This document shows positions 29,324-41,598 of a stretch of 64,000 nt of DNA, piece after piece. The notes beneath the pieces were generated by a model that was not told the DNA's origin, ran no database searches, and saw only the letters and a program-made list of their open reading frames with translations. Source of the stretch: Nitrospirota bacterium (lineage in GTDB: Bacteria > Nitrospirota > Thermodesulfovibrionia > Thermodesulfovibrionales > Dissulfurispiraceae); NCBI GenBank assembly GCA_963710375.1, contig CAVPZX010000005.1, forward strand, positions 352,001 through 416,000. The letters run 5' to 3'. Position numbers and translations under genes: made by a program. The first letter of the stretch is position 1; every line of letters begins with the position of its first letter.

Positions 29324-30325
29324 TCATTTCCCTCTCGCAGATATATCTTCCAGCACCCTTAATTTAGGGACCTCTCCCAGGGCAATCAACGTATCACCGG
29401 CTTCAATAATATTTTGTGAGGTGGGATTGAACTTCATCTCCCCCGAACTTTTTCTGATTGCGACAATGATAATCCCGAGGTCCCGCCCTATGCCGCCTTC
29501 GTCCAGTGTTACCCCGACTAGTCTGGAGCCCTCCGAAATAGAGACCTCTTCCATTTGAAGATCGATATTACCGCTTTGTGTAGCGAATTCTATAAAATCC
29601 ACTACAGCCGGCTTGAGTATAGTATGAGCGATATGGAGACCGCCTATATGATATGGCGATGTTACCCTGTCTGCACCGGCCCGGAGCAGTTTCCGTCCCG
29701 AACCCTCCTCCCCTGCACGGGCGACTATTAAAAGTTGGGGGTTGAGGCCGCGGGCACTCAGGACAACAAAAAGATTTTCCGCATCGGTCGGCAGTACCGT
29801 TATCAGTCCCTTTGCCTTTTCGATACCTGCATCTATCAGCACCGCATCTTGTGTTGCATCACCCTCTACAATAAGGATATTGTCTTTCTCATGCAGCTTA
29901 TTGGGGTTCTTTTCAATAACAATGAACTTTTCCCCCTTTGCATTTAACTCTCTGCATATGATTCTACCCATCCGGCCATACCCGCAAATAATATAGTGGT
30001 CATGCAGATCTCTTATTTTCTTTTCCAATCTATTCCTCCCGAACATGTCTTGAAGTTCTCCTTCCAGCACCACCTTGGCCCCCGTGCTAAGCGCGTAGAA
30101 AACCGTGCCCACACCCCCAATGATAAGGAAAATATTAAATATCCTTCCTTCCGACGATAGATTATGGACTTCCGCATAGCCGACAGTGGTAAGGGTTATA
30201 ATGGTCATATAAAGGGCATCAAGAAAATTCCATCGTTCTATGATGATAAAGCCTGCTGTGCCGATAGCGACTATCAGGAATATCAGCAGGCCGGAGAGTA
30301 TCAGTCTTTTTCTGAGTGTTTCCAA
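29324..30325 (-). CDS. potassium channel with TrkA-N/TrkA-C (RCK) domains
   Basis: TLTTVGY filter (GYA variant); IICGYGRMG Rossmann motif. Confidence 0.9.
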   Translation of the reverse strand: METLRKRLILSGLLIFLIVAIGTAGFIIIERWNFLDALYMTIITLTTVGYAEVHNLSSEGRIFNIFLIIGGVGTVFYALSTGAKVVLEGELQDMFGRNRLEKKIRDLHDHYIICGYGRMGRIICRELNAKGEKFIVIEKNPNKLHEKDNILIVEGDATQDAVLIDAGIEKAKGLITVLPTDAENLFVVLSARGLNPQLLIVARAGEEGSGRKLLRAGADRVTSPYHIGGLHIAHTILKPAVVDFIEFATQSGNIDLQMEEVSISEGSRLVGVTLDEGGIGRDLGIIIVAIRKSSGEMKFNPTSQNIIEAGDTLIALGEVPKLRVLEDISARGK

Positions 30326-30867
30326 TTGTCTAATATTTTTTCCAACTGGGAATCAATGGATTTTTTATGCGAACCACACCAATAAACTTTACCACATTCC
30401 TTGCAAGTAAGAATAGACGTTGCGTTCAGAAAGACATATTCCGGGATCCGGTCGGCAACAGCTTCCCTATCTGTTGCAGCAAGTTCTCCGTTGCATAAAG
30501 TACACCGGGGAACACCTGAAAGGGGGAAAGAGGGACCATCTGAAAGGGGGAACCGGAGAATCGGAGAATCGGGGAAAAGTCTGTAGAGAACCTCTTTCAA
30601 CTGTTCAAGAGTCGAGTTGGAGTGTATGAGAATGACATCAGGCCCAACTTTGCTCCGATTCGCCGATTCCCCGGTTCCCCCTTTCAGCTTTATTGAGGGA
30701 CGCCGCGCGATACCTGTGTCTCTTGTTAAAAGGGTCCTCTCTTGCTGACGGGCTATCTTTATAAGTTCATTATCATCGATGGCCCTGAAATAGATTGTAT
30801 CGAAACCCAGTATCCTGAGCCATCTGGCAAGGCTTCCGAGCATAACATCAGCAATAAAACGAGGCAT
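30301..30867 (-). CDS. Mut7-C RNase domain protein with in-frame repeat insertions
   Basis: FIADVMLGSLARWLRILGFD, LLTRD, RCTLCN, CKECGKVYWCGSH. Confidence 0.9.
   Translation of the reverse strand: MPRFIADVMLGSLARWLRILGFDTIYFRAIDDNELIKIARQQERTLLTRDTGIARRPSIKLKGGTGESANRSKVGPDVILIHSNSTLEQLKEVLYRLFPDSPILRFPLSDGPSFPLSGVPRCTLCNGELAATDREAVADRIPEYVFLNATSILTCKECGKVYWCGSHKKSIDSQLEKILDNWKHSEKD
30540..30687. repeat. intragenic inverted repeat pair with 8-bp unit GGAGAATC
   Basis: CTGAAAGGGGGAACCGGAGAATCGGAGAATCGGGG ... CTCCGATTCGCCGATTCCCCGGTTCCCCCTTTCAG (35 bp, 3 mismatches). Confidence 0.85.
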
Positions 30868-30935
30868 AGGAAGGTTAAGGTCAAGGTTAAGGTTGAGAAA
30901 GGTTTTGACTTAACCTTAACCTCAACCTTATCCTG
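30868..30935. repeat. inverted short-tandem-repeat hairpin, unit AGGTTR, downstream of rpoC
   Basis: AAGGTTAAGGTCAAGGTTAAGGTTGAG ... CTTAACCTTAACCTCAACCTT. Confidence 0.9.
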
Positions 30936-30942
30936 ACTTTTG

Positions 30943-33900
30943 TTACTCTACTTCAGCTTCTTCATGCTCAAGCTGCATGGAATAAAAGTCGCCTTTGATG
31001 AAGGTGTCCCTATATATCTTCATGCCGGATCCAGCAGGTATTACCCTTCCCATAATAACGTTTTCTTTCAGTCCTCTGAGTTCGTCAACAAGCCCGCTCA
31101 ACGCCGCTTCGGTCAAGACCCTCGTGGTTTCCTGGAATGAGGCAGCTGAGACCCAGCTTTCCGTTGACAATGAGGCTTTCGTGATACCGAGCAGTAACGG
31201 CCTGCCCTGGGCAGGTCTCTCGCCTTCACCTCTTACACGCTCATTCTCTTCGGCAAATACCATCCTGTCGACTTCATCACCCATAAGAAATATCGTGTCG
31301 CCAGGGTCCTCAATCCGTATTTTCCGCATCATCTGCCGCACGATGACCTCGATATGCTTATCATTGATAGAGACGCCCTGCAGCCGATAGACCTTCTGCA
31401 CCTCGTCAACAAGATAGCTCTGCAATTCCTTTGGGCCGAGGATGTCGAGTATGCTGTGGGGATTTACCGCTCCATCCATCAGCGGTTCTCCTGCCTTGAC
31501 CCAGTCGCCTTCATGCACGGTAACGTGCTTGCCCTTAGGAATCAGGTATTCTCTCGACTCGCTGCCGCCTTTAACTACGACAACTCTCATCCCTTTATGC
31601 GCGCCCCTGAACTCGACAATGCCGTCGATTTCACTGACAATTGTCTGCTCCTTGGGCTTCCTGGCCTCAAAAAGCTCAGCGACCCTCGGGAGACCCCCGG
31701 TGATGTCCTTTGTTTTTGTAGTTTCCCTCGGTATCTTGGCAAGAATATCGCCTGGCGCCAGCAGATCTCCTCTTTCAACAAGCATATGAGCGCCCGCAGG
31801 CAGCAGATATCTGGCAGGGTTATTTGTGCCAGGGCTCTTAACGGTCTTGCCGTGTTCATCCTTTATCGAAATCCTGGGTCTCATATGAGCAGGATAGTCT
31901 ATGACGACCTTATGCGCTAGACCGGTGGTTTCGTCAACCTCTTCTTTAAAGGTTACGCCTTCGACAAGGTCGCCGAGCGCTATCCTGCCTCCGATTTCAG
32001 TCAGGATCGGAGTAGAGTAAGGGTCCCACTCGACCAGACGCTGGGCGGCATCCACCTTTTGCCCGTCTTCCACAAATATCCTTGCCCCATAGACAAGACT
32101 GTATTTTTCTTTTTCGCGGCCTGTCTTATCGACAATGGCGAGCATGGCGTTCCGGTTGAGCACTATCAGAACGTCCTCCTTGTTTTTGACCGCGCTTACG
32201 TCAATGAATTTTACAAACCCGGAATTCTTCGGCGCCAACGTAGCCTGCTCAATGATCTTTGTAGCAGCTCCACCGATATGGAAGGTCCTCATGGTGAGCT
32301 GCGTGCCGGGCTCTCCTATAGACTGGGCAGCGATAATGCCTATCGACTCTCCGATCTCGATCTTGCCGCCCCTCGCAAGGTCTCTGCCATAGCATTTGCC
32401 GCATACGCCGATCTTTGAGTGGCAGGTTAGCACAGAGCGTATCTTCACCCTATCAATGCCCGCATCCACGACCTTCCTTGCCAATTCGTCGTCAATTTCG
32501 ACGTTTCTGTTTGCAATGATCTCATTGGTCACGGGATCTTTGAGAGTTTCGGCAAGCGTCCTGCCGAATATGCGCTCCTCAAGGGACTGAATAATTTCTC
32601 CCCCCTCTATGAGCGGGATTACCGTAATCCCTTCCCTTGTGCCGCAGTCTTCTTCTATGAGGATAACGTCCTGGGCAACATCGACAAGTCTCCTGGTAAG
32701 GTATCCCGCGTTGGCGGTTTTCAATGCGGTATCGGCAAGGCCCTTACGCGCACCGTGCGTTGAAATAAAGTACTGGAGCGGAGTAAGTCCTTCCCTGAAA
32801 TTGGCGGTAATAGGCGTCTCTATGATCTCCCCCGAAGGCTTGGCCATCAGTCCCCTCATACCCGCAAGCTGGCGTATCTGGGCTGCGCTGCCTCTTGCTC
32901 CGGAGTCAGCCATCATAAATATGCTGTTAAAGGAACGGCTCTCTTTAATTTCTTCTTCGGAGAGCGACTTGCCCTCCTCAGCGCCCAGTTCCTTCATCAT
33001 CTCATCGGCGACCTTCTCTGTAACGTTGGCCCAGATATCGATGACCTTGTTGTACCGCTCACCCTGGGTAATCAGACCGTCGGCATACTGCCGCTGGACC
33101 TCCATTACTTCCTGTTCAGCCTCTTTGATCAGCTCAGCCTTTTTAGACGGCACGTGCATATCATCGATGCAGATAGAAATGCCGGAGTTGGTAGCGTATT
33201 TGAATCCCAGCCGTTCGAGCTCATTCAGAAACACAACAGTATCCCGTTTCCCCGATACTTTATGTATATACTCGATCAGCTTTCCCAATTCCTTCTTAGT
33301 CAGTTCTCTGTTGGCCGCTTCAAAGGGTATATTCTTGGGCAGTATCTCGCTGAATATAATCCTTCCCACAGTTGTTTCGACAAAACCGCCGTTCATTCTT
33401 ACCTTGACGGCAGCGTGCTCATCAATAACCCCGGAGTCATAAGCAATACGCACATCATCGGTATCAGCGAACAGCTTCCCTTCACCCCTCGCCCCTTTCC
33501 TCTGCTTTGTCAGATAGTAGAGGCCGAGGACCATGTCCTGCGTAGGTACAACTACAGGCTTTCCGTTGGCCGGCGAAAGGAGGTTGTTTACCGAGAGCAT
33601 CAATACCCGCGCCTCTATTTGTGCTTCAACCGACAAGGGGACATGCACTGCCATCTGATCACCGTCAAAGTCGGCATTGAACGCCGTACAGACAAGCGGG
33701 TGCAGCTTTATGGCTTTCCCTTCCACCAGGACAGGGTCAAAAGCCTGTATTCCCAGGCGGTGCAGTGTCGGGGCACGGTTCAACAGCACGGGGTGCTCAC
33801 TTATGACGTCCTCGAGGGCATCCCATACTTCAGGCTGTTCATGCTCGACGAGCCTTTTTGCCTGCTTTATTGTCGTAGCGTAACCTTTCTCCTCAAGCTT

Positions 33901-35052
33901 GTTGAATACAAATGGTTTGAAAAGCTCAAGCGCCATGCGCTTGGGAAGGCCGCACTGGTTCATCTTGAGTTCGGGACCGACCACAACAACGGAACGGCCG
34001 GAATAGTCCACTCTCTTGCCGAGCAGGTTTTGCCTGAAACGTCCCTGTTTGCCTTTTATCATATCGCTGAGGGATTTAAGGGCGCGCTTGCCGCCTGCTT
34101 TCAACACTTTTGCCCGCTTGCTGTTATCGAAGAGTGCATCCACTGCTTCCTGGAGCATTCTTTTTTCATTCTTTATAATGACGCTTGGGGCCTTCAGTTC
34201 CATGAGCCGTTTAAGCCTGTTGTTCCTGTTGATTACTCGCCTGTACAGATCATTCAGGTCCGAGGTGGCGAAGCGGCCGCCGTCGAGAGGGACGAGGGGT
34301 CTCAGATCAGGGGGCAGCACAGGCACTATGTCAAGGATCATCCAGTCAGGCTTGTTCTCCGATCTCAGAAATGCTTCCACTGTTTTAATCCTTTTGGAGA
34401 GTTTCCTTTTTACGCCGATAGACGAGACAGAGTCGATTTTTTCCTTTAAATCGGCTGCCAGAGACTTAAGGTCTACCTTCCTCAAAAGCTCGCGTATGGC
34501 ATCGGCCCCCATTCCCGCCTTGAACCTGTTGCCGAATTCGGCAATCTTCTTCTTGTGTTCATCCTCGGTCAGCAGTTCCTTTTCTTTCAACGGAGTATCG
34601 CCGGCATCGATGACAATGTATTCTTCAAAATAAAGCACCTTTTCAAGCTGCCGTATGGTCATGTCGAGAAGAGTGCCTATCCTGCTCGGCACTCCACGGA
34701 GGAGCCACACATGTGCGACAGGTGTCGCCAACTCTATGTGCCCCATGCGCTCCCGTCTGACCTTTGACTGGATGACTTCAACGCCGCATTTGTCGCAGAT
34801 CACACCCCGATGTTTCATCCTTTTGTACTTTCCGCAGAGACATTCCCAGTCTTTTACAGGGCCGAATATTTTGGCGCAGAAAAGCCCGTCGCGTTCAGGC
34901 TTAAAAGTGCGGTAGTTAATGGTCTCCGGCTTTTTTACTTCTCCGTGGGACCATTCTCTGATCTTCTCAGGCGAAGCAAGTTTTATCCTTATTGCATCAA
35001 AGTCTTTAGGATTCTTCGGTTTTTGAAAAAGGGCATAAATATCTTCTATCAA
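30943..35052 (-). CDS. rpoC: RNA polymerase beta' subunit
   Basis: NADFDGD catalytic motif, zinc-binding Cys motifs, 1369 aa. Confidence 0.99.
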   Translation of the reverse strand: MIEDIYALFQKPKNPKDFDAIRIKLASPEKIREWSHGEVKKPETINYRTFKPERDGLFCAKIFGPVKDWECLCGKYKRMKHRGVICDKCGVEVIQSKVRRERMGHIELATPVAHVWLLRGVPSRIGTLLDMTIRQLEKVLYFEEYIVIDAGDTPLKEKELLTEDEHKKKIAEFGNRFKAGMGADAIRELLRKVDLKSLAADLKEKIDSVSSIGVKRKLSKRIKTVEAFLRSENKPDWMILDIVPVLPPDLRPLVPLDGGRFATSDLNDLYRRVINRNNRLKRLMELKAPSVIIKNEKRMLQEAVDALFDNSKRAKVLKAGGKRALKSLSDMIKGKQGRFRQNLLGKRVDYSGRSVVVVGPELKMNQCGLPKRMALELFKPFVFNKLEEKGYATTIKQAKRLVEHEQPEVWDALEDVISEHPVLLNRAPTLHRLGIQAFDPVLVEGKAIKLHPLVCTAFNADFDGDQMAVHVPLSVEAQIEARVLMLSVNNLLSPANGKPVVVPTQDMVLGLYYLTKQRKGARGEGKLFADTDDVRIAYDSGVIDEHAAVKVRMNGGFVETTVGRIIFSEILPKNIPFEAANRELTKKELGKLIEYIHKVSGKRDTVVFLNELERLGFKYATNSGISICIDDMHVPSKKAELIKEAEQEVMEVQRQYADGLITQGERYNKVIDIWANVTEKVADEMMKELGAEEGKSLSEEEIKESRSFNSIFMMADSGARGSAAQIRQLAGMRGLMAKPSGEIIETPITANFREGLTPLQYFISTHGARKGLADTALKTANAGYLTRRLVDVAQDVILIEEDCGTREGITVIPLIEGGEIIQSLEERIFGRTLAETLKDPVTNEIIANRNVEIDDELARKVVDAGIDRVKIRSVLTCHSKIGVCGKCYGRDLARGGKIEIGESIGIIAAQSIGEPGTQLTMRTFHIGGAATKIIEQATLAPKNSGFVKFIDVSAVKNKEDVLIVLNRNAMLAIVDKTGREKEKYSLVYGARIFVEDGQKVDAAQRLVEWDPYSTPILTEIGGRIALGDLVEGVTFKEEVDETTGLAHKVVIDYPAHMRPRISIKDEHGKTVKSPGTNNPARYLLPAGAHMLVERGDLLAPGDILAKIPRETTKTKDITGGLPRVAELFEARKPKEQTIVSEIDGIVEFRGAHKGMRVVVVKGGSESREYLIPKGKHVTVHEGDWVKAGEPLMDGAVNPHSILDILGPKELQSYLVDEVQKVYRLQGVSINDKHIEVIVRQMMRKIRIEDPGDTIFLMGDEVDRMVFAEENERVRGEGERPAQGRPLLLGITKASLSTESWVSAASFQETTRVLTEAALSGLVDELRGLKENVIMGRVIPAGSGMKIYRDTFIKGDFYSMQLEHEEAEVE

Positions 35053-38000
35053 GCTAATTCCTCCCTCTTTTTCTTTTTCTCCAGGAGTTCAACATCAAGA
35101 CCGAGACTCTGGAGTTCTTTTATTAATACATGGAAAGACTCGGGTACTCCGGGTTCCAGTATTGGATCACCTTTTACAATAGCCTCGTACATACGCGATC
35201 TTCCGCTGATGTCGTCGCTCTTCACCGTCAGGAATTCCTGCAGTGTATGAGCAGCGCCATATGCTTCCAATGCCCACACTTCCATTTCACCAAGCCGCTG
35301 GCCGCCAAACTGGGCCTTGCCGCCAAGAGGCTGCTGTGTTACAAGAGAGTATGGTCCGATAGAGCGGGCATGTATCTTGTCGGCAACAAGGTGATGTAAT
35401 TTCAGCATATACATGCATCCAACCGTAACCGGTCTCTGGAACGGCTCACCTGTCTTCCCGTCGTGCAGCGTGATCTGTCCGCTGGTAGGCAGGTCGGCTT
35501 TTTTTAGAAGGTCCTTGATCTCGCTTTCTTTGGCCCCTTCAAAAACAGGTGTCGATACGTAGAGGCCGAGTGTCCTGGCTGCCCAGCCCAGATGAATTTC
35601 GAGTATCTGTCCAACGTTCATTCGAGAAGGTACACCGAGTGGATTCAGGACAAAATCAACTGGCGTGCCGTCGGGAAGATAAGGCATGTCTTCTTCCGGC
35701 AGCACCATTGACACGACGCCCTTGTTACCATGGCGTCCTGCCATTTTATCGCCTACCTGTATTTTCCGCTTCATTGCAATAAACACTTTGACCACTTTGT
35801 TGACGCCGGGAGACAGCTCGTCTCCTTTCTTGATCCGTTCCAGGCGCTCCTGGTAACGCGATTCCAGTAACTTAATATATTGGATGCTTGCAGTATTGAC
35901 GGTCTCTATCTGTGCCCTTGCATCGGCATTTTCGATCTTTACCCTGAGGAGATGGTCGTCCTTAATCCTTGCCACCAGCGCATCTGTCAGCTTCTTGCCC
36001 TTCAGGCCTATCGGTTCTTTGGTCTTCGGATCATTGAAATCCTCGGCTGGTTTCTGATTGACCAATAGCTTTCTTATCTTTGACGCACGCTCTTCTTTGA
36101 GAATCTTTGTCTCCTCTTCAAGGTCCCGCTGCAACTTGATTATATCGTCTTCTTCTATGCTCTTCGTCCTCTTGTCCTTTTCAACTCCCTTTCTGGAAAG
36201 GATCCTGACATCAACAATAACACCCTCGATGCCGGGGGGCACATAAAGGCAGCTTTCCTTTACCTCCTCAGCTTTCTCGCCGAATATGGCGCGCAGCAGT
36301 TTTTCCTCGGGGGTCAGCATTGTTTCGCCTTTGGGTGTGACCTTGCCGACAATAATATCGCCTGGTTTAACCTCAGCACCTATCCTGATGATGCCGCTTT
36401 CGTCGAGGTCTTTTAACGCTTCCTCTCCAACATTAGGGATGTCCCTGGTGATGTCTTCGGGCCCGAGTTTTGTGTCACGGGCTTCAGCTTGAAATTCTTC
36501 TATGTGTATCGAGGTATAAACATCATCCTTGACCAATCTTTCATTGAGAAGTATGGCATCCTCAAAGTTGTAACCTCCCCAGGGCATGAAGGCAACAGTC
36601 ACATTTTTCCCCAGCGCAAGTTCGCCGAGATCGGTCGAAGGGCCGTCAGCCAATGCACTGCCTTGCTCAACTATATCCCCGACGTTAACAATAGGCTTCT
36701 GGTTCATGCAGGTGCCCTGATTGGAGCGATCGAATTTGACGAGGTTGTAAATGTCAACTGCTCCCTCTTCAGTTGCCCGGACCACTATCCTGGCAGAGTC
36801 AACGCTTTCAACAATTCCTGCCCGTTTTGCGAGTACCAGCCATCCCGAATCTTTCGCGGCAGCGTGTTCCATGCCTGTGCCTACAATCGGCGCATCCGGC
36901 ACTAACACAGGGACAGCCTGGCGCTGCATATTGGAACCCATAAGGGCCCTGTTCGCGTCGTCATTTTCGAGGAAAGGGATCAGGGCTGCAGACACGCTGA
37001 CAATCTGTTTAGGAGAAACGTCCATATACTGGACCTCTTCGGGCGCGACTATTTTAAAATCTCCGCCGACCCTTGCAGACACGGCCCCGCCCAGGAGATT
37101 CCCTTTCTTGTCGATTGATGACGTCGCCTCCGCAATAATATTGTTCTCACCTTGTATGGCTGACAAGTATACGATTTCTTTTGTCACGCGGCCCTGCTGG
37201 ACCTTTCTGTAAGGCGCCTCTATGAATCCAAAATCATTGATCTTGGCATATGATGCGAGCGATGTTATAAGGCCTATGTTGGGTCCTTCAGGGGTCTCGA
37301 TAGGACATATCCTGCCGTAGTGCGTAGGATGGACGTCCCTTACTTCAAAACCGGCCCTTTCACGCGTTAGTCCACCCGGTCCAAGGGCGGAAAGCCTTCT
37401 CTTGTGGGTTATCTCAGAAAGTGGATTGGTTTGGTCCATAAACTGGCTCAACTGGCTCGAACCGAAAAACTCCTTTACCGCAGCCATGACCGGTTTAGCG
37501 TTAATCAGGTCATGCGGCATTGCACTTTCGAGTTCGGTGAGCGTCATCTTCTCCTTGATGGCGCGTTCCATGCGCACCAGCCCTATCCTGAAATGGTTTT
37601 CGAGGAGTTCTCCAATACCTCGTATCCGCCTGTTGCCCAGATGGTCTATATCATCGACTTCCCCTTTGCCAGTTCTGAGATTGAGAAGGTAGCGCACAAT
37701 CTCGACAATGTCGGCGTCTGTCAGGACTCTCGTAGTGAGAGGCACATTAAGACCGAGTTTCTCATTGACTTTCAGCCTGCCCACCGGTGAAAGGTCATAC
37801 CTCTTCGGATCAAAAAACAGACCGTTGAAAAGTTCCCGGGCAGCATCCTCGGTCGCAGGCTCTCCAGGTCTCAGTTTCCGGTAAATCTCCTTAAGGGCCT
37901 CTTCCTGTTTCGCCACTTTGTCGGTCAGGAGAGTCTCTCTGAATGAGGACAGGTAGTTAACGTTGTCAATAAAAAGCAGGTGCAATGTCGTGATCTTCAA

Positions 38001-38990
38001 AGAAAGGATAGTGTAGAACACCTCTTCGGTTATTTCCTTGTTTCCATCGAGAATAATCTCTCCAGTTGCTGGGTTGACTATGTCGGTGAGTGTGACCCTG
38101 CCGATTATGTCGCTGTTTGACAGAGGGATTTCCTTTATCCCCGATGTCTCCATTTTCTTAAGCGCCGCCTTGGTGATCTTGCTGGCTTCCCTTACGATTA
38201 CCTCATTTGTGTTAGGAGCTATGATATTCTGCTTCGCACGAACTCCGGCAAGGACCTCGCTGACTACTCGCGTGTAGTTGTCTTTGCCCTTAATCCTTAT
38301 CTCTTCCACTGGATAGAAAGTCCGCAGAAGGTCCTCATTGGAATAACCAAGAGCCTTCAGCACAATCGTTGCGGGCAATTTCCGGCGCCGGTCTATCCTC
38401 ACATAAAGTATGTCCTTAGAATCAAACTCGAAGTCCAGCCAGGAACCCCTTGCAGGGATTGCACGTGCTGTATATAAAAGCCTCCCGCTCGCATGCGTCT
38501 TGCCCTTGTCAGGCGCAAAATAAACGCCCGGGGAGCGATGCAGCTGGCTGACAATTACCCGCTCAGTTCCATTTATGATAAAGCTTCCTGTATCAGTCAT
38601 TACAGGCATGTCGCCGATATAGACTTCCTGTTCGCGGGATTCTTTCAGGCGCTTATTTCCACGATCATCCTTCTCCCATATGTTGAGTTTCACCTTTATC
38701 CGCAGCGGCGCTGCATAGGTCAGGCCTTTGAGTATGCACTCGCGGGGTGTCAGCTTTGAATCACTCAACGTATATGAGATAAAGTCTATGGATGCAGTAT
38801 CATTGTAATCAGTTATAGGGAAAACACTGTTAAACGCCGAATGCAGTCCTTCATCTGTCCGCTGTTCAGGTGCATCGTCCTTCTGCAGGAATCTTTCAAA
38901 GGACCTTTTTTGGAATTCCACAAGGTAGGGGACTTCCAGAACCAACGGAACTTTCCCGAAATTTACTCTCTCTCTCAGAAGCTTAGCCAT
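35049..38990 (-). CDS. rpoB: RNA polymerase beta subunit
   Basis: [36 protein letters not shown]. Confidence 0.99.
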   Translation of the reverse strand: MAKLLRERVNFGKVPLVLEVPYLVEFQKRSFERFLQKDDAPEQRTDEGLHSAFNSVFPITDYNDTASIDFISYTLSDSKLTPRECILKGLTYAAPLRIKVKLNIWEKDDRGNKRLKESREQEVYIGDMPVMTDTGSFIINGTERVIVSQLHRSPGVYFAPDKGKTHASGRLLYTARAIPARGSWLDFEFDSKDILYVRIDRRRKLPATIVLKALGYSNEDLLRTFYPVEEIRIKGKDNYTRVVSEVLAGVRAKQNIIAPNTNEVIVREASKITKAALKKMETSGIKEIPLSNSDIIGRVTLTDIVNPATGEIILDGNKEITEEVFYTILSLKITTLHLLFIDNVNYLSSFRETLLTDKVAKQEEALKEIYRKLRPGEPATEDAARELFNGLFFDPKRYDLSPVGRLKVNEKLGLNVPLTTRVLTDADIVEIVRYLLNLRTGKGEVDDIDHLGNRRIRGIGELLENHFRIGLVRMERAIKEKMTLTELESAMPHDLINAKPVMAAVKEFFGSSQLSQFMDQTNPLSEITHKRRLSALGPGGLTRERAGFEVRDVHPTHYGRICPIETPEGPNIGLITSLASYAKINDFGFIEAPYRKVQQGRVTKEIVYLSAIQGENNIIAEATSSIDKKGNLLGGAVSARVGGDFKIVAPEEVQYMDVSPKQIVSVSAALIPFLENDDANRALMGSNMQRQAVPVLVPDAPIVGTGMEHAAAKDSGWLVLAKRAGIVESVDSARIVVRATEEGAVDIYNLVKFDRSNQGTCMNQKPIVNVGDIVEQGSALADGPSTDLGELALGKNVTVAFMPWGGYNFEDAILLNERLVKDDVYTSIHIEEFQAEARDTKLGPEDITRDIPNVGEEALKDLDESGIIRIGAEVKPGDIIVGKVTPKGETMLTPEEKLLRAIFGEKAEEVKESCLYVPPGIEGVIVDVRILSRKGVEKDKRTKSIEEDDIIKLQRDLEEETKILKEERASKIRKLLVNQKPAEDFNDPKTKEPIGLKGKKLTDALVARIKDDHLLRVKIENADARAQIETVNTASIQYIKLLESRYQERLERIKKGDELSPGVNKVVKVFIAMKRKIQVGDKMAGRHGNKGVVSMVLPEEDMPYLPDGTPVDFVLNPLGVPSRMNVGQILEIHLGWAARTLGLYVSTPVFEGAKESEIKDLLKKADLPTSGQITLHDGKTGEPFQRPVTVGCMYMLKLHHLVADKIHARSIGPYSLVTQQPLGGKAQFGGQRLGEMEVWALEAYGAAHTLQEFLTVKSDDISGRSRMYEAIVKGDPILEPGVPESFHVLIKELQSLGLDVELLEKKKKREELA

Positions 38991-39009
38991 AGGTCTCCTT
39001 CTTTAAAAT

Positions 39010-39108
39010 CAGGTTGAGGTTTAGGTTAAGGTTAAGTAAAATCAAAGACAAAGGCAATCTAAATGCAGATTTGTTCCTCATCTTGCCCTCAACCTTAACC
39101 TTAACCTG
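39010..39108. repeat. inverted short-tandem-repeat hairpin, unit AGGTTR, rplL-rpoB spacer
   Basis: CAGGTTGAGGTTTAGGTTAAGGTTAAG ... CTCAACCTTAACCTTAACCTG. Confidence 0.9.
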
Positions 39109-39119
39109 TCTTTCCCGTG

Positions 39120-39503
39120 TTATTTTATTTCTACTTTAGCCCCTTCTGCCTCGAGTTTGGCCTTGATTGAGTCAGCTTCTTCCTTTGAGACGCCTGTCTT
39201 GACCGGCTTGGGCGCACTATCTACCACGTCTTTGGCTTCTTTGAGACCGAGACTGGTGATTTCCCTTACGACTTTGATGACCTGAATTTTCTTGTCACCG
39301 ACTGCTGTCAGAATAACATCAAAACTCGACTTTTCTTCAGCCGCAGCAGGCGCGCCGGCCGCAGCACCCGGCGCTGCAGCAACCGCAACCGGGGCAGCCG
39401 CGGTTACCCCGTAGCGCTCCTCGAATTCCTTAATAAACTTCGACATCTCGAGAATAGTCATATTATCAATGAAACCGAATACATCATCCTTTGTAACAGC
39501 CAT
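39120..39503 (-). CDS. rplL: 50S ribosomal protein L7/L12
   Basis: Ala-rich hinge, [17 protein letters not shown]. Confidence 0.98.
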   Translation of the reverse strand: MAVTKDDVFGFIDNMTILEMSKFIKEFEERYGVTAAAPVAVAAAPGAAAGAPAAAEEKSSFDVILTAVGDKKIQVIKVVREITSLGLKEAKDVVDSAPKPVKTGVSKEEADSIKAKLEAEGAKVEIK

Positions 39504-39517
39504 CTAAATGTCCTCCT

Positions 39518-40039
39518 TTATGTACTTTTTTTATTTTTTACCGCTTCTAAAGCGTAAGCAAATTGAGCTATAGTTGCATTCAGCGCACAGGCCAGTTTAG
39601 CTGCAGGAGCCTGGAAGGTCCCTGCCATCATGCCAAGAAGAATATTCCTCGGCGGCAGCTTTGAAATGGCTTTAAGTTCATCAAATGAGAAGAGTTTCCC
39701 TTCAACAATGCCGCTCTTGATTTTGAGCTTGTCGTTCTTTGCGGAATACTCAAGTAACTTTTTGGCGGCGGCTACCGGATCATCAAAACCGAACGCGACA
39801 GCGGTAGGGCCCACAAAAAAGTCTTTAGCTGCTTCTACGGGGGTGCCTTTTACCGCGATAGCGATCAGCGTATTCTTTGCAACCTTATATTCTGCGTTGA
39901 CTTCCTTCAAGAGCTTTCGAAGGTTGGCGATCTCGGCTACAGTCAGCCCTTTGTACTCCGTGAAAACAACAGCTTTTGACCGTGAAAACTTTTCAGTCAG
40001 TTCCGTTATTTGTTGGGATTTTTTTTCCTTGGTAATCAA
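39518..40039 (-). CDS. rplJ: 50S ribosomal protein L10
   Basis: YKGLTV, VAKNTL motifs; synteny. Confidence 0.97.
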   Translation of the reverse strand: MITKEKKSQQITELTEKFSRSKAVVFTEYKGLTVAEIANLRKLLKEVNAEYKVAKNTLIAIAVKGTPVEAAKDFFVGPTAVAFGFDDPVAAAKKLLEYSAKNDKLKIKSGIVEGKLFSFDELKAISKLPPRNILLGMMAGTFQAPAAKLACALNATIAQFAYALEAVKNKKST

Positions 40040-40070
40040 ATGCTTCCTCCTTTCCTAGAGACCATCTTTC

Positions 40071-40165
40071 AGCAGGCAGTAAGCAGTATAAGTAAGCAGT
40101 AGGCAGTAAATACTTCAGCAGGCAGTAAGCAGTCTACTGCTTACTTATACTCTTTACTGCATACT
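40071..40165. repeat. inverted short-tandem-repeat hairpin, 7-bp unit GCAGTAR
   Basis: AGTATAAGTAAGCAGTAG / CTACTGCTTACTTATACT, plus a duplicated TTCAGCAGGCAGTAAGCAGT. Confidence 0.8.
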
Positions 40166-40182
40166 CGTTCTTTTCTGTCACT

Positions 40183-40246
40183 GTCTCGGTAGGCTGGCCG
40201 GTATAGCTGCCAATTAAAGTATGCCGTACTACCTACTGTCTCCGAC
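40183..40246 (-). promoter_or_regulatory. ribosomal protein L10 leader RNA
   Basis: Minus strand GTCGGAGACAGTAGGT...TTAAT...CCTACCGAGAC upstream of rplJ resembles the L10 leader core. Confidence 0.75.
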
Positions 40247-40280
40247 TAGTATCTAAACAGGCAAAGCCTGTATAAAAACA

Positions 40281-40394
40281 TAGGCAATAGGCGAGAGGTT
40301 AAAGGCTAAAGGTAAAAGACAGAACACGGACATGCTTTCATTTATATTTTGTGCCTTTATTAACCCTTTAGCCATTTGCCTCTTGCCTTTCGCC
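40281..40394. repeat. inverted short-tandem-repeat hairpin, degenerate 7-bp unit AGGCWAW
   Basis: TAGGCAATAGGCGAGAGGTTAAAGGCTAAAGG ... CCTTTAGCCATTTGCCTCTTGCCTTTCGCC. Confidence 0.8.
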
Positions 40395-40399
40395 AGCTG

Positions 40400-41089
40400 T
40401 TAACCCACTTTTAGTCTGGCGACATCAAGTTTAATTCCAAGTCCCATGGTTGATGACATTGTGATTTTCTTTATATACTTCCCTTTTGAAGAAGAGGGCT
40501 TTGCCTTTACTACGGCCTTCAACACAGCCGCTGTATTTTCCAGGAGCTTTTCTTTATCGAACGAAACCTTTCCTACCGGCACATGCACAATGCCCGCTTT
40601 CTCAACTTTATATTCAACCTTGCCCGCCTTTATCTCCTTAACAGCCTTACCGATGTCAAACGTCACTGTGCCCAGTTTGGGATTTGGCATAAGTCCTCTC
40701 GGTCCGAGCAGCTTGCCGAGTTTGCCTACCATTCCCATCAAGTCGGGTGTTGCCACAGCCTTGTCAAAATCCAGCCATCCTTTCTGGATTTTTTCAACCA
40801 TGTCCTCAGCACCAACGAAATCCGCGCCAGCCTCTCTCGCCTCTTTTTCCTTTTCTCCCTTTGCAAATGCCAGCACACGCACAGGTTTTCCTGTTCCATA
40901 AGGGAGCACAACGGTCCCCCTTACCATCTGGTCGGACTTCTTTGCATCAACACCGAGGTTTATTGCGATATCAACCGTCTCGTCGAACTTTGCAACCATG
41001 TTCTCCTTAACCAGAGTTATTGCTTCCTCGATGGTGTATTCTTTATTTGTATCAACCTTTGCCGCCGCATTGTCAAATTTCTTGCCCAT
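40400..41089 (-). CDS. rplA: 50S ribosomal protein L1
   Basis: [23 protein letters not shown]. Confidence 0.98.
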   Translation of the reverse strand: MGKKFDNAAAKVDTNKEYTIEEAITLVKENMVAKFDETVDIAINLGVDAKKSDQMVRGTVVLPYGTGKPVRVLAFAKGEKEKEAREAGADFVGAEDMVEKIQKGWLDFDKAVATPDLMGMVGKLGKLLGPRGLMPNPKLGTVTFDIGKAVKEIKAGKVEYKVEKAGIVHVPVGKVSFDKEKLLENTAAVLKAVVKAKPSSSKGKYIKKITMSSTMGLGIKLDVARLKVG

Positions 41090-41103
41090 TTGCTCGCTCC
41101 TCC

Positions 41104-41532
41104 TCAATCCTTTATTTCCACACCCATGCTTCTGGCGGTGCCCTTGATAATCCGTGCCGCAGATTCAAGCGATGTGGTATTCAGGTCGGGCAATTTTGTC
41201 TTTGCTATCTCTTCCACCTGGGCATTAGTCAAGGCGCCGACCTTATCCTTGTTGGGAACACCCGAGCCCTTTACAATGCCTGCCGCCTTCTTGATGAGTT
41301 CCGATGCAGGCGGCGTCTTAAGCACAAACGTAAAGGACCTGTCATTATAAATGTTTAACACTGCTGGGATTAGCGTATCGCCCATGCTCTGGGTCTGTGC
41401 ATTGAACTGTTTGCAGAATTCCATAATATTGATCCCGTGCGGTCCGAGCGCCGGTCCTACAGGTGGCGCCGGGTTCGCCTTTCCAGCAGGTATCACGAGC
41501 TTAACCTGTGCAATTACCTCTTTCTTAGCCAT
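41104..41532 (-). CDS. rplK: 50S ribosomal protein L11
   Basis: [22 protein letters not shown]. Confidence 0.98.
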   Translation of the reverse strand: MAKKEVIAQVKLVIPAGKANPAPPVGPALGPHGINIMEFCKQFNAQTQSMGDTLIPAVLNIYNDRSFTFVLKTPPASELIKKAAGIVKGSGVPNKDKVGALTNAQVEEIAKTKLPDLNTTSLESAARIIKGTARSMGVEIKD

Positions 41533-41561
41533 TTATAACCTCCAAAAATTTCTTTTTCTTT

Positions 41562-41595
41562 GACCCAGTGCCCATAGCCCATTGCCCATAGCCTG
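41562..41595. repeat. solo 7-bp-unit array (GCCCATW)
   Basis: GACCCAGTGCCCATAGCCCATTGCCCATAGCCTG with no partner arm nearby. Confidence 0.65.
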
Positions 41596-41598
41596 TCT

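Noticed and set aside
33154..34449. 431-aa plus-strand ORF and similar ORFs opposite rpoB/rpoC
   Set aside because: Antisense shadows of conserved genes with no recognisable motifs.
40583..41350. 255-aa plus-strand ORF
   Set aside because: Antisense to rplA and rplK.
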